A DNA stretch of 64,000 nucleotides from Dehalococcoidia bacterium. GTDB lineage: Bacteria; Chloroflexota; Dehalococcoidia; Dehalococcoidales; RBG-16-60-22. The notes under the pieces were generated by a model. That model was not told the origin of the DNA. It worked only from the letters and a program-made list of their open reading frames with translations, and did not search any database. Made by a program: the position numbers and the translations under genes. Location: positions 954,133-1,018,132 of the forward strand of contig JBGLNK010000001.1 of the NCBI GenBank assembly GCA_041300405.1, given 5' to 3'. Shown piece by piece: positions 30,560 through 39,308 of this stretch; position 1 is the stretch's first letter, and each line of letters opens with the position of its first letter.

Positions 30560-30757
30560 GCTGCTATTGACCATGCTGGATGCTGTTTATGTAGATGCCA
30601 AGAAGACGAAATCTATCATCGCTATAAAGCCGAAGCCACCATTTAAACCTGTCTTCCAGGTAGCGGCTTCTAAAAAAGAATCCAAGATCCGTATCTTAAA
30701 CGAGCCTCTCGAAGGCTCGTCCGTGTTTCTGGTGGAGACGGGGGAGGGTCGAACTCC
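30560..30757 (+). mobile_element. C-terminal remnant of a DsiB-like serine recombinase of ssrA-targeting islands
   Basis: LLLTMLDAVYVD...IAIKPKPPF.PVF...VFLVETGEGRTP; last codons are the reverse complement of a tmRNA 3' end. Confidence 0.7.
30730..30757 (-). repeat. att-like copy of tmRNA (ssrA) 3' end
   Basis: Minus strand GGAGTTCGACCCTCCCCCGTCTCCACCA: T-loop, acceptor 3' strand with U70 of the alanine G3-U70 determinant, CCA; no further tmRNA body. Confidence 0.75.
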
Positions 30758-31003
30758 GTCGTACCCACTAATACGGGTTCTATTAAAACAGAGGCGAGCG
30801 CTGGCAATCAAATTTCTGGTATGAATGAGATTTAAAACCGCAAGTATATTGAATTCTTGAAAGGAACACAAAATAGTAAATTGTTTCTGCCACTTCTTAT
30901 ACCGATAACCAGCCTGGAAACAGCGTATAGGGAAGCTTCTCTTAATTTTCTAGTTATCAGGATATTGCCACCCACGCCAGCTTAAGAGGTCGTAGTCGCT
31001 ACC

Positions 31004-31140
31004 GGTTACAAGTACCTTATTGCCTAACCGGTATTTTCTATTATGCCCGAGATGGCTATGTTGGGCGTTGTTCTGGGATTTAACGTAGTTGGGGATGGGC
31101 AAGGGATGCTTTGGATACAAGACTCCGAGGACAATTTTAA
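31004..31140 (+). pseudogene. degenerate C-terminus of a DppC-type ABC permease
   Basis: GYKYLIA*PVFSIMPEMAMLGVVLGFNVVGDG/RDALDTRLRGQF*, with an internal stop and a 1-nt loss; compare intact GDGLRDALDPRLRG at 38397. Confidence 0.7.
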
Positions 31141-31638
31141 TATAAAGTAGTTAGATAATTAATTCTATCCCATGTTCATGAAAAATAAGCTGCTAAATAA
31201 AAATATTGCGGAATGTTTTGCTATAATTCCGGTATTAACCGGTGGTGATGGCTTCAGTTTCTCTGCGCATTTATATAGCGATGCGCCAGGCTACTATTTT
31301 TTACTGGCAAGGAATTCACGGTTAAATTCGGCTTAGCTTGATATACTAAATGTCTTGCGGCTGACCTGCCTGCTTACGGAGGCAAGGTAAACCTACGATA
31401 TCAGCAACTTCTCCTTTAGAGATGAGAGCTTACGAACCAATCAGTAGCAAATTGAAAGACTTTGTTACTTCTTATCACAAGAAGCCTAGTCCGTTCATTT
31501 TGCTGGAGTTTTCGAATGTTTTGGCCATGTATTTTGCACCAGGATCAAAGTACGCCAATGCAGTGGGTGTTTTTTCCGCCTGGGAAAAATCCAAACAGGA
31601 CCCAGAAATCCATGACTTCGTCAGATACCTGGTAGTAC

Positions 31639-31758
31639 TACATGGAAAGCCGGGGCTTATCGCGCCGCGACCTGGAATCGTACATTGGCAGCCGCGCCCG
31701 GGTATCGGAAGTACTCAACCGTAAGCGCACTCTCACCATGGACATGATCCGCAAACTG
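31639..31758 (+). CDS. HigA-type antitoxin HTH fragment
   Basis: YMESRGLSRRDLESYIGSRARVSEVLNRKRTLTMDMIRKL. Confidence 0.8.
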
Positions 31759-32019
31759 GGACGCTTTGTTGAATTCAGTGTCTTCGCCCAGCCTACCACC
31801 CTGGACTGGTCCGTTATCGGCGACCAGAAGGAATTAGACCTCCTTGGCGCGCACCTTAGCCCGTATTGTTTCCCCGCGGTCATCGACTGGATTCATCAGG
31901 ACAGGATTGGTACTGACGGTGTTGCCGGGACATTTCTGCCCCTCGAAGACTGGGAGAGAGCCTTTAGTATCGCAGGAACCGGTGAAGGCGGCGTTTTAAA
32001 GGTTGTAATAAAACCTTGA
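31744..32019 (+). CDS. Zn-dependent polyol dehydrogenase (erythritol/L-threitol dehydrogenase-like), C-terminal fragment
   Basis: MIRKLGRFVEFSVF..PTTLDWSVIGDQKELDLLGAHLSPYCFP. Confidence 0.7.
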   Translation: MIRKLGRFVEFSVFAQPTTLDWSVIGDQKELDLLGAHLSPYCFPAVIDWIHQDRIGTDGVAGTFLPLEDWERAFSIAGTGEGGVLKVVIKP

Positions 32020-32056
32020 TTACAGATATAAAAGAACGTTATCTCAATCAATAAAG

Positions 32057-32338
32057 TTGAATGTCTACGTGAAAGATGTAAGTATACTCAAACAACTCCA
32101 GGTTATTCCCGGCGTAGGTCCCAATATTGCTCAAGATTTAATAGATTTGGGATACAGCTCGGTTTATCAACTTGAAAAAGCCGATCCGGAAATAATGTAC
32201 CATAATTTATGTGAATTGCGCGGCCAACACATAGACCGCTGTGTACTTTACGTATTCCGGTGCGCGGTCTATTTTGCTGCTGCTAAAGAACCTGTTCCTG
32301 AATTACTAAAATGGTGGAATTGGAAAGATAAAAGATAG
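32057..32338 (+). CDS. helix-hairpin-helix (Cdd1-like) protein
   Basis: LQVIPGVGPNIAQDL, DPE.MY..LC, DRCVLYVFRCAVYFA. Confidence 0.85.
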   Translation: MNVYVKDVSILKQLQVIPGVGPNIAQDLIDLGYSSVYQLEKADPEIMYHNLCELRGQHIDRCVLYVFRCAVYFAAAKEPVPELLKWWNWKDKR

Positions 32339-32378
32339 AAGACAGTCACTTCATAAAACTAAATGTCTGCCTTTTCAC

Positions 32379-32957
32379 TTAAAAAGAGTCAGGGAAATTA
32401 TTACTGTTTTCATATGGGTGTTTGTCTTCCTTTTCCCATTGAGCCAATTGTTCCGGGGTTGGGTTCGACCATGCTTCTCTGGGCCAGGGAGACGTGAATA
32501 GCATATACTTTATCTTCCATTTACCATCTACACGCGCGTATTCCATTTCATGCCTGCCGTGCTGGATTATACTTTCCACTCCGCTGGCTGGATCCGTCGA
32601 GATAACAAACATCAGCCACTGAGCGGCGGCTTTATCACCATTAACATGGATAACCGGCTGCACGGCTATGTGACTATCTCTGCCCTTGCCCTTGCTGTTG
32701 TTCCGGACTACATTTTTAAATATGTCGATGATCGCTGCCTTCCCCCGGAAACGGCCGCGTTTATGCAGGATAGCCACGGCGTCATCGGTAAACAAATCCG
32801 CGATTTTTTCCCAGTCGCGGGCTAATAACAAATAAGCATAGTTCGTATGTAACTCCTGAAGCTCCTGGATATCCTGTAACTTTATTATTTGCTTTTGCTG
32901 TTCTTCCAGGGTTTTCTCTAACATCTTTAATTGTGTTTCGTATTCTTGAGTATTCAT
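32379..32957 (-). CDS. SnoaL/NTF2-like protein
   Basis: LQDIQELQEL...DWEKIADLFTDDA...GRHEMEYARVDGKWKI. Confidence 0.85.
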   Translation of the reverse strand: MNTQEYETQLKMLEKTLEEQQKQIIKLQDIQELQELHTNYAYLLLARDWEKIADLFTDDAVAILHKRGRFRGKAAIIDIFKNVVRNNSKGKGRDSHIAVQPVIHVNGDKAAAQWLMFVISTDPASGVESIIQHGRHEMEYARVDGKWKIKYMLFTSPWPREAWSNPTPEQLAQWEKEDKHPYENSNNFPDSF

Positions 32958-33135
32958 TTTACTCCTCCTGCTATTTTGGGTATTATTTCTAATTTAGCAT
33001 TAATAGTTACGGATTAAAAGGAGCCGCTATAAGGCGGCGGAAGAAGGCGGGAGGAAGTTGACGAGGCAGAACCCGGATGTTTGAATTGGCATTTAATCAT
33101 TCTTGAGTTAATAGTTTCTAATTCTCGATGCCAGA

Positions 33136-33657
33136 TTAACGTAGCTCTTTTTGCCTGGCATACTGGCGTAATCGTTCTAGCTGCCAATCTCCTTCTTTCA
33201 GACCTTCTTTCACACTTCCAGAATGGGCGGCGGCAGTTCGAATGCCGTAAAGGGAAGCACCTAAAGCGTGGGTGGGAACATGTGCCGTTGCGACGGCTTG
33301 TCCTGCGGCGTGCGCGGCAAAAACTGCATCAGGCTCTTTCTTTCCCTTTGCGGCGGCATGGGCCGCGAGCGAAACTCCGCGTATAACTGCCATTCTAAAT
33401 ACACCACTGCTTACCCACTCGCGGAGTACTTGAATTGCTCTGCGTGGTCTGTCATCGTTAGGATATTTGTCTTCAAAATAAGGAAGCACATGCTCTGCGC
33501 AGTCCACAGCCCAGCGGGCTAATATTTTTTTGTCGGGTTGGAAAATTTGATGATTCATACGCTCCGTAAAGGGTTTATCAAGAATCTCTGAAACGGACTT
33601 GCGAACCTCATATAGCATTTTTCTTGGTCTTATTTGTTCCTGTTTGACAATCTGCAT
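33136..33657 (-). CDS. Imm5-like putative immunity protein
   Basis: WAVDCAEHVLPYFE..PNDDRPRRAI, AAHAAGQAVATAHVPTHA. Confidence 0.8.
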   Translation of the reverse strand: MQIVKQEQIRPRKMLYEVRKSVSEILDKPFTERMNHQIFQPDKKILARWAVDCAEHVLPYFEDKYPNDDRPRRAIQVLREWVSSGVFRMAVIRGVSLAAHAAAKGKKEPDAVFAAHAAGQAVATAHVPTHALGASLYGIRTAAAHSGSVKEGLKEGDWQLERLRQYARQKELR

Positions 33658-33768
33658 AATACTCCTTCAGCAACACAATTATAAATCATCCAGGCAAAAG
33701 AGGGTATTTGTGAGTGCCTTCAGAGTTTGCTTTTGTTCGAAAAGAATCTGAAAAAGTTCGCAGGGTGT

Positions 33769-34229
33769 TCACTGATCGGTACAGGGCTCGAACCTGTGAC
33801 CCTCAGTGTGTGATGGACTCTGCTTCACCGGGGTCAGATCAATTTGTCTCGCCGTCGTGATAGCGGTACGGCGTATCTTGGCACGGACGCGGGTGACGAA
33901 GACTTTCTTCCTGAATGGCTTGCTGATAAAATCGTCGACGCAATGGGGCATGACGCGGCGCAAGCTTTCTGTTTCATGGTTTTGTGTCAGCACGATGATA
34001 GGGACATCAGAATTCTGACGCAGGTTGTCGATAAAACGCATGTCTTCGCCAATATGTTCCGTCTCATCCACGATAATCATATCGGGCTTTAGCCGTCCCG
34101 GGAGATTTAGTGCGTTTCGCCATCAGCCACGGTAACGGTATCAAAGCCTTCGATTTTCAGAATGCTGTCTAGCAACCTGATCATGTCGTGGCCGTTATCT
34201 ACCACCAGAATGCTCTGCCTTCCCATCAT
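33769..34229 (-). pseudogene. response-regulator receiver gene with -1 frameshift, reading into the att copy
   Basis: MMGRQSILVVDNGHDM...VADGE | ALNL..LKPDMIIVD..PIIVLT..DDFISKPF; frame break ~34105; tail SHTEGHRFEPCT is tRNA sequence. Confidence 0.7.
33777..33814 (-). repeat. att-like duplicate of the tRNA-Val 3' half
   Basis: 36/38 identical to 34504-34541; begins exactly at anticodon-loop position 32. Confidence 0.85.
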
Positions 34230-34392
34230 ACAAGACCAATCCATTAATCCTGAAAATTCCTGAAATTATCCCCCTTTTAAATTTCATTATCCTTTATCAC
34301 CTTTAACAAAGTCATCCTTCTGACCATATAGAAAAGTCAGCAAAACCGGATTAGCATTATCGATGGTGATGTAAAAAATTCCCCAGCTTCGG

Positions 34393-34496
34393 TGGTAGGC
34401 GGTATCCCGATTCTATCGGGATGACCTTCAGTATCAGGATAAAATGGTGGGCGGTATCCCGATTCTATCGGGATGACCTTCAGTATCAGGATAAAA
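34393..34496. repeat. two tandem 52-bp copies of the tRNA-Val 3' end with the T-arm replaced by a palindrome
   Basis: Units start at 34393, 34445 and (tRNA) 34497; TGGTGGGCGGTA-TCCCGATTCTATCGGGA-TGACCTTCAGT-ATCAGGATAAAA; 1 mismatch between copies. Confidence 0.9.
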
Positions 34497-34573
34497 TGGT
34501 GGGCGGTACAGGACTCGAACCTGTGACCTTCAGTGTGTGATACTGACGCTCTAACCAGCTGAGCTAACCGCCC
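34497..34573 (-). tRNA. tRNA-Val(CAC), CCA encoded
   Basis: Full cloverleaf GGGCGGT/ACCGCCC, GCTC/GAGC, TCAGT-ATCACAC-ACTGA, ACAGG-TTCGAGT-CCTGT, ACCA; 77 nt. Confidence 0.92.
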
Positions 34574-34640
34574 ATGTCTATTATCCAGGTTATCCCTGGT
34601 TTGCTGCCGTCCCGGCCGCTGATCTTATGCAGATGGTTAG

Positions 34641-34666
34641 CCTAACCTGGCTGAGCTAACCGCCCC
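34641..34666 (-). repeat. remnant copy of the tRNA-Val 5' end
   Basis: GGGCGGTTAGCTCAGCCAGGTTAG vs tRNA GGGCGGTTAGCTCAGCTGGTTAG; diverges afterwards. Confidence 0.7.
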
Positions 34667-34816
34667 GGAAGGTACAATCTATTTTACCCCTTAAATTCCT
34701 GTTTGTAAATTAGCCTCCGGTTTTTATTTGAAACCGCATTGAATTAATGTTATTGCATAATCTCCCCCGTTTTGATATTGTTCTAGTAAAGGAAAAGTGC
34801 TTACCGGAGTGGGATA

Positions 34817-35278
34817 ATGCATGAAAAAGCCGGTATCACCGGCAAGTTGAGGGCCCAGGGATACCGCATGACGCCACAGCGCATGATGATTCTTTCGGCG
34901 ATGGAAAGCAGCCGCGACCACATCAGCGCCGAGGATATTTATGCCCAGGTGGTGGCCAAATATCCCCACGTCAATATCTCCACCGTCTACCGCACTTTAG
35001 AACTCCTAAAGAAACTAGGCATGGTGTATGAAATTAACCTGGGAGAAGGGCGCATTCGTTATCATACTGAAGGCAGCGGCCATCATCACCACCTCGTCTG
35101 CCAGGCCTGCGGGAAGGTAATCGACATTGAAGAAGCGACACTCTCATCGCTTAAAGATATTCTGCTCCGCCAGTATGGCTTTTCCGCCGACCTGAGGCAT
35201 GTAGGCATTTTCGGCCAGTGCGACGGCTGCCGCAAGAAACAAGGTAAAGAAAAATCAAGTCGTCTGCGTTCCTTTTAA
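34817..35278 (+). CDS. Fur-family transcriptional regulator
   Basis: RMTPQR, STVYRTL, HHHHLVCQAC, GQCDGC. Confidence 0.95.
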   Translation: MHEKAGITGKLRAQGYRMTPQRMMILSAMESSRDHISAEDIYAQVVAKYPHVNISTVYRTLELLKKLGMVYEINLGEGRIRYHTEGSGHHHHLVCQACGKVIDIEEATLSSLKDILLRQYGFSADLRHVGIFGQCDGCRKKQGKEKSSRLRSF

Positions 35279-36454
35279 AGGCTGTCTCCCGATGAATTTG
35301 CCTATTAAAAGGCTGGCCAGCACGTAGAGTCCCGCCGCTACCGGAAAGACATACCGCAATCCCAGGGGTGATACCAGAGCGCCGCCGATAATCGGGCCCA
35401 GCCCGTTTCCCAGGGCTGACGCGCTCTGGGACATACCGTACGCTATCCCCTGCTGGCTGACCGGCAAAGACAGACCTATCAGCGATGAAGTCGAGGTCAC
35501 ATTACCGCCCTGGAACAATCCCAAAAGGCCTACCACTATGACCATCTGCGTTACACTGTTTATCCAGATGGGAGACAGATTCAATAAAGCGGCTCCCAGG
35601 CAAGAGAATATCAGTATTTTCCGGAGGCTGATGCGTTTGCCCAGCCGCCCTGATATTACCGCAGAGGCTGCGGCCGCCAGACCCAATAGGGAAAAAGCCA
35701 GAGAGGCGGGTATCGTAGCTGACCCGGACGGATTCAGTTCTTGTATAAAAAGCGTGATTACCGGTTGTATTATCTGCTGGGACATCGCGATGACGCATAT
35801 CGTTACGAGAAGGACGATAACCGATTTAGAACCAAGCAGGCGCCATACATCGCCCAGGGAATTTTCCTTAACCGGGCGGTGGAAATCTTCCTTGACCAGG
35901 AAAAGGACGAGCAAGCTGGCAATAAGCAGCAGCGCACTGGCAAAAAAGAAGCTGGTTCTAAAACCGAAGGTTTCAGCGAGCACTCCGCCGATAGAAGGCC
36001 CGATGGTATTACCCAGGAACACTCCCAACATTAAAATTCCCATGACGTAAGAAGTCTTATCACGTGGAGAAGTGGAAGCTACCAGCGCCGAAGCCGCCGG
36101 GACGGTGCCGCTAAAAAGGCCCTGGAGAAACCGCAGCGCCACAAAAATGTAGACATTGGGTGCTAAGCCCGCCAGTACCTGAATGACGGCGCTGCCGATT
36201 AAAGCCCTCAATACCATGGGCTTTCTGCCAACTCTATCGGATACAATGCCCCATATCGGGCCGCTCAGGAATAAAGCAATAGAAGTGGCTCCGATGGATA
36301 TTCCAGACCACAATGCTGCCTGGCTGTTATTGAAGCTGCCCAGTTCCTGTACAAAAAGAGGCATGAAAGGTAAAACAAAACTGAAGCCCAATATTACGAT
36401 GAACTCTGCGGCAAACATGACGTAGAGATTTTTCTTCCAGGAAACAGGAGACAT
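35255..36454 (-). CDS. MFS transporter (DHA1-like)
   Basis: WGIVSDRVGRKPM motif A, RFLQG, ~12 TM helices. Confidence 0.9.
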   Translation of the reverse strand: MSPVSWKKNLYVMFAAEFIVILGFSFVLPFMPLFVQELGSFNNSQAALWSGISIGATSIALFLSGPIWGIVSDRVGRKPMVLRALIGSAVIQVLAGLAPNVYIFVALRFLQGLFSGTVPAASALVASTSPRDKTSYVMGILMLGVFLGNTIGPSIGGVLAETFGFRTSFFFASALLLIASLLVLFLVKEDFHRPVKENSLGDVWRLLGSKSVIVLLVTICVIAMSQQIIQPVITLFIQELNPSGSATIPASLAFSLLGLAAAASAVISGRLGKRISLRKILIFSCLGAALLNLSPIWINSVTQMVIVVGLLGLFQGGNVTSTSSLIGLSLPVSQQGIAYGMSQSASALGNGLGPIIGGALVSPLGLRYVFPVAAGLYVLASLLIGKFIGRQPLKGTQTT

Positions 36455-36606
36455 GAGAAGGAGCCCCCCTTTTGACGTTCATATTATAACAGAATGACGG
36501 AAGAACCCGTAAAAATGAAATCCGGTGAATACTGCTAATGAGCAAAAAATTTGTAATATAGCGTCAATTCTGATACGCTTTCAAGAGAAAAACGAGGATA
36601 GTAAAT

Positions 36607-37423
36607 ATGCCGGGAAAACGCAAGGAAAAATGGCTTAAAGAAATCTATGAACCGGCGCTGAAACGCTCGCCGGAAAGGGCTAAATTCAATCTAACCTCTG
36701 GGATTGAAGTTCAGCCCCTTTACACCCCTGAAGACCTGCCCGGTCCAGACCCGGCGGAAGCCGCCGGTTATCCGGGGGAATATCCCTTCGGGCGGGGCAT
36801 CCAGCCCTCCATGTACCGCGGGCGCTTATGGACGATGCGCCAGTATTCCGGTTTCGCCTCGGCGGAGGAGTCCAACCGCCGTTATCGCTACCTGTTGGAA
36901 CAGGGTCAGACGGGTTTGAGCGTCGCTTTCGACCTGCCTACACAGGTCGGCTATGATTCCGACCATGCCCTGGCGCGCGGCGAAGTTGGCAAGGTCGGCG
37001 TGCCCATCGATACGCTGAGGGACATTGAAGACCTGTTCCGTGAAATTCCGCTGGACAAGGTCAGCACTTCGATGACCATCAATTCCACCGCGCCGGTGCT
37101 GCTGGCCATGTATATCGCCCTGGCAAAAAAACAGTGCGCCGACCTGAAAAAGCTCGATGGGACGATACAAAACGATATCCTCAAGGAGTACGTCGCGCGG
37201 GGCACATACATCTTTCCACCCGCCCCCTCCATGAGGCTTACCACGGATATCTTCGAGTATTGCAGCCGGGAAATGCCGCGCTGGAACACGATAAGCATCA
37301 GCGGTTATCATATCCGGGAAGCAGGCTCCACAGCGGTGCAGGAAATCGCTTTTACGCTGGCTAACGGCATCGCTTACGTGCAGGCTGCCGTCGACCGCGG
37401 GCTGAATATCGATGACTTCGCGT
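36607..37423 (+). CDS. methylmalonyl-CoA-mutase-family large subunit, N-terminal fragment
   Basis: [52 protein letters not shown]; ends abruptly at DDFA. Confidence 0.9.
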
Positions 37424-37441
37424 GGAACCCTATGAAGTATT

Positions 37442-37723
37442 TTAACGATTCTTCCACTCGGGCTTCCTTTTTTCCAGAAAAGCCGACATACCTTCCTGTG
37501 CATCTTCAGCCAGGCAGTTCATGACAATTGCATGAGTGGCATAATTGTAAGCTGACGGGGTATCCAAATCCACATGGTTATAAAAAGTTCGCTTTCCATA
37601 AGCGAGCGTATACCGGCTGTATTGAGCGATTTCCATGGCCCAGTTTCCGGTCTGTTCCACAAGCTTGTCCGGAGCAACGATTCTGTTTATAAGTCCGAAC
37701 CGTTCTGCTTCCTCGGCGGAAAT
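37442..37723 (-). CDS. enoyl-CoA hydratase/crotonase, C-terminal fragment
   Basis: [16 protein letters not shown]...[18 protein letters not shown]. Confidence 0.85.
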   Translation of the reverse strand: MSAEEAERFGLINRIVAPDKLVEQTGNWAMEIAQYSRYTLAYGKRTFYNHVDLDTPSAYNYATHAIVMNCLAEDAQEGMSAFLEKRKPEWKNR

Positions 37724-38381
37724 AAAACCGGGTCAGAAAGTGGCTATCGTTGGGCCTACGGGCGCGGGCAAGACGACCATCGTCAAGCTCTTGATGCGCT
37801 TTTACGAGCTGAACGATGGAATTATCAAAATAGACGGAATCGATACCCGGCGGTTCACCCGTGAAGATCTGCGCAGCCTGTTTGGGATGGTATTGCAGGA
37901 TACATGGCTGTTCAACGGCACTATCAGGGAGAATATCAGGTACGGCAACCTGGAAGCTACCAACGAGCAGGTGACGGCGGCGGCAAAAATGGCTTATGCC
38001 GACCACTTCGTACGGACACTGCCGCAGAGTTATGACATGGTACTCAACGAAGAGACAAGCAATATCTCGCAGGGGCAAAAACAGCTTTTAACCATCGCGC
38101 GCGCTTTCCTGGCAGACCCCAAAATACTTATCCTGGATGAAGCTACCAGTTCAGTCGATACGCGCACGGAAGTGCTGATACAGAAAGCTATGGAAGACCT
38201 GATGAAAGGCCGCACCAGCTTCGTTATCGCCCACCGTCTTTCCACGATACGCGACGCGGATATTATCCTGGTGATGAAAGATGGCGACATCGTCGAGCAG
38301 GGGAAACACGATGAACTGCTGGCCGCGGAAGGTTTTTACGCCTCGCTTTACCGGAGCCAGTTTGAAACTGCGTCAGCGTAA
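37713..38381 (+). CDS. multidrug-type ABC exporter, nucleotide-binding C-terminal fragment
   Basis: [33 protein letters not shown]. Confidence 0.9.
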   Translation, partial: SAEIKPGQKVAIVGPTGAGKTTIVKLLMRFYELNDGIIKIDGIDTRRFTREDLRSLFGMVLQDTWLFNGTIRENIRYGNLEATNEQVTAAAKMAYADHFVRTLPQSYDMVLNEETSNISQGQKQLLTIARAFLADPKILILDEATSSVDTRTEVLIQKAMEDLMKGRTSFVIAHRLSTIRDADIILVMKDGDIVEQGKHDELLAAEGFYASLYRSQFETASA

Positions 38382-38396
38382 TGATTCCACCTTGGT

Positions 38397-39290
38397 CTAA
38401 AGGAGTCCGCGGAGCCTCGGGTCTAGCGCGTCTCTCAGTCCGTCGCCGACCATGTTGAACGCGAACACTACCAGCATGATGGCGATGCCGGGCGCGAACG
38501 AAAGGATAGGGTTGGAAAGCAAGTAGATACGGCCGTCGCTGACCATAAGGCCCCAGGCGGATGCCGGGGGTTCGATGCCGATGCCCAAAAAGCTCAAACC
38601 CGCCTCTGCCAATATCGCGGAGCCAATCTGCATCGTCATCAGCACGATTAAGGGCGGAAAACAGTTAGGCAGCACATGTCTTAACATAATACGAAGCTTG
38701 CTCGCGCCTTCAGTGGTGGCTGCCAGCACGTAATCGTTTTCCTTGACGGAAAGCACCTGCCCGCACATGAGCCGGGCATAGCCGGGCAGCATGGCGACGC
38801 CAAGAGCTATCATGACATTCCTGAGGCCGCCGCCAAGGAGAGCAGCGATTACGAGGGCAAGTAATATCATGGGAAAGCACATCAGGGAGTCTATGAAACG
38901 CATGATAACCGTGTAGACCCAGCCGCCGAGATACCCCGCGAACAGCCCCATGGTGATGCCGATAACGGCAGCGATGCCGAGGGCGACCACCCCGACTAAA
39001 AGCGAGTTGCGCGTGCCGAAAATCAGACGGCTGAGAGTATCCCTGCCCAGCGAATCGGTGCCGAGCAGATGCGCAGCGGATGGTTTAACAAGGGATTGGG
39101 AAAGGTCCTGCTCATAAGGGTCATACGGCGCCAGCAGCGGGGCGAAAATAGCCACCAGAATAACCAGAAGGATAATAACGACGCCGAAGATGACCAGCGG
39201 CCGGCCGAATAATACTCTGACAAAGCGGCGGAGTTCGCTGGTGCGTTTGTCGCCGGCAAGGGCATCGGTATTTAAAGAATCACTGCTCAT
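38397..39290 (-). CDS. peptide/nickel ABC permease (DppC-like)
   Basis: HLLGTDSLGRD, EAGLSFLG, GDGLRDALDPR. Confidence 0.95.
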   Translation of the reverse strand: MSSDSLNTDALAGDKRTSELRRFVRVLFGRPLVIFGVVIILLVILVAIFAPLLAPYDPYEQDLSQSLVKPSAAHLLGTDSLGRDTLSRLIFGTRNSLLVGVVALGIAAVIGITMGLFAGYLGGWVYTVIMRFIDSLMCFPMILLALVIAALLGGGLRNVMIALGVAMLPGYARLMCGQVLSVKENDYVLAATTEGASKLRIMLRHVLPNCFPPLIVLMTMQIGSAILAEAGLSFLGIGIEPPASAWGLMVSDGRIYLLSNPILSFAPGIAIMLVVFAFNMVGDGLRDALDPRLRGLL

Positions 39291-39308
39291 TCTGGACGGG
39301 CTCCTTAA

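Noticed and set aside
31422-31635. Complete gene upstream of the HigA fragment (e.g. a HigB toxin)
   Set aside because: The translation shows no HigB/RelE motif and no clear start; probably another unassigned sliver.
31642-32019. HTH-dehydrogenase fusion protein
   Set aside because: Two short internal fragments joined at a shared MIRKL-coding 15-mer; neither is complete.
33060-33080. RNase P RNA 3' motif (CAGAACCCGG)
   Set aside because: No GAGGAAAGTCC or other RNase P core elements nearby.
34393-34573. CRISPR mini-array
   Set aside because: Units are contiguous with no variable spacers, derive from the tRNA, and no cas genes are present.
36607-37524. Short variant of methylmalonyl-CoA mutase
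   Set aside because: Homology stops at DDFA (~37423); the tail is antisense crotonase sequence.
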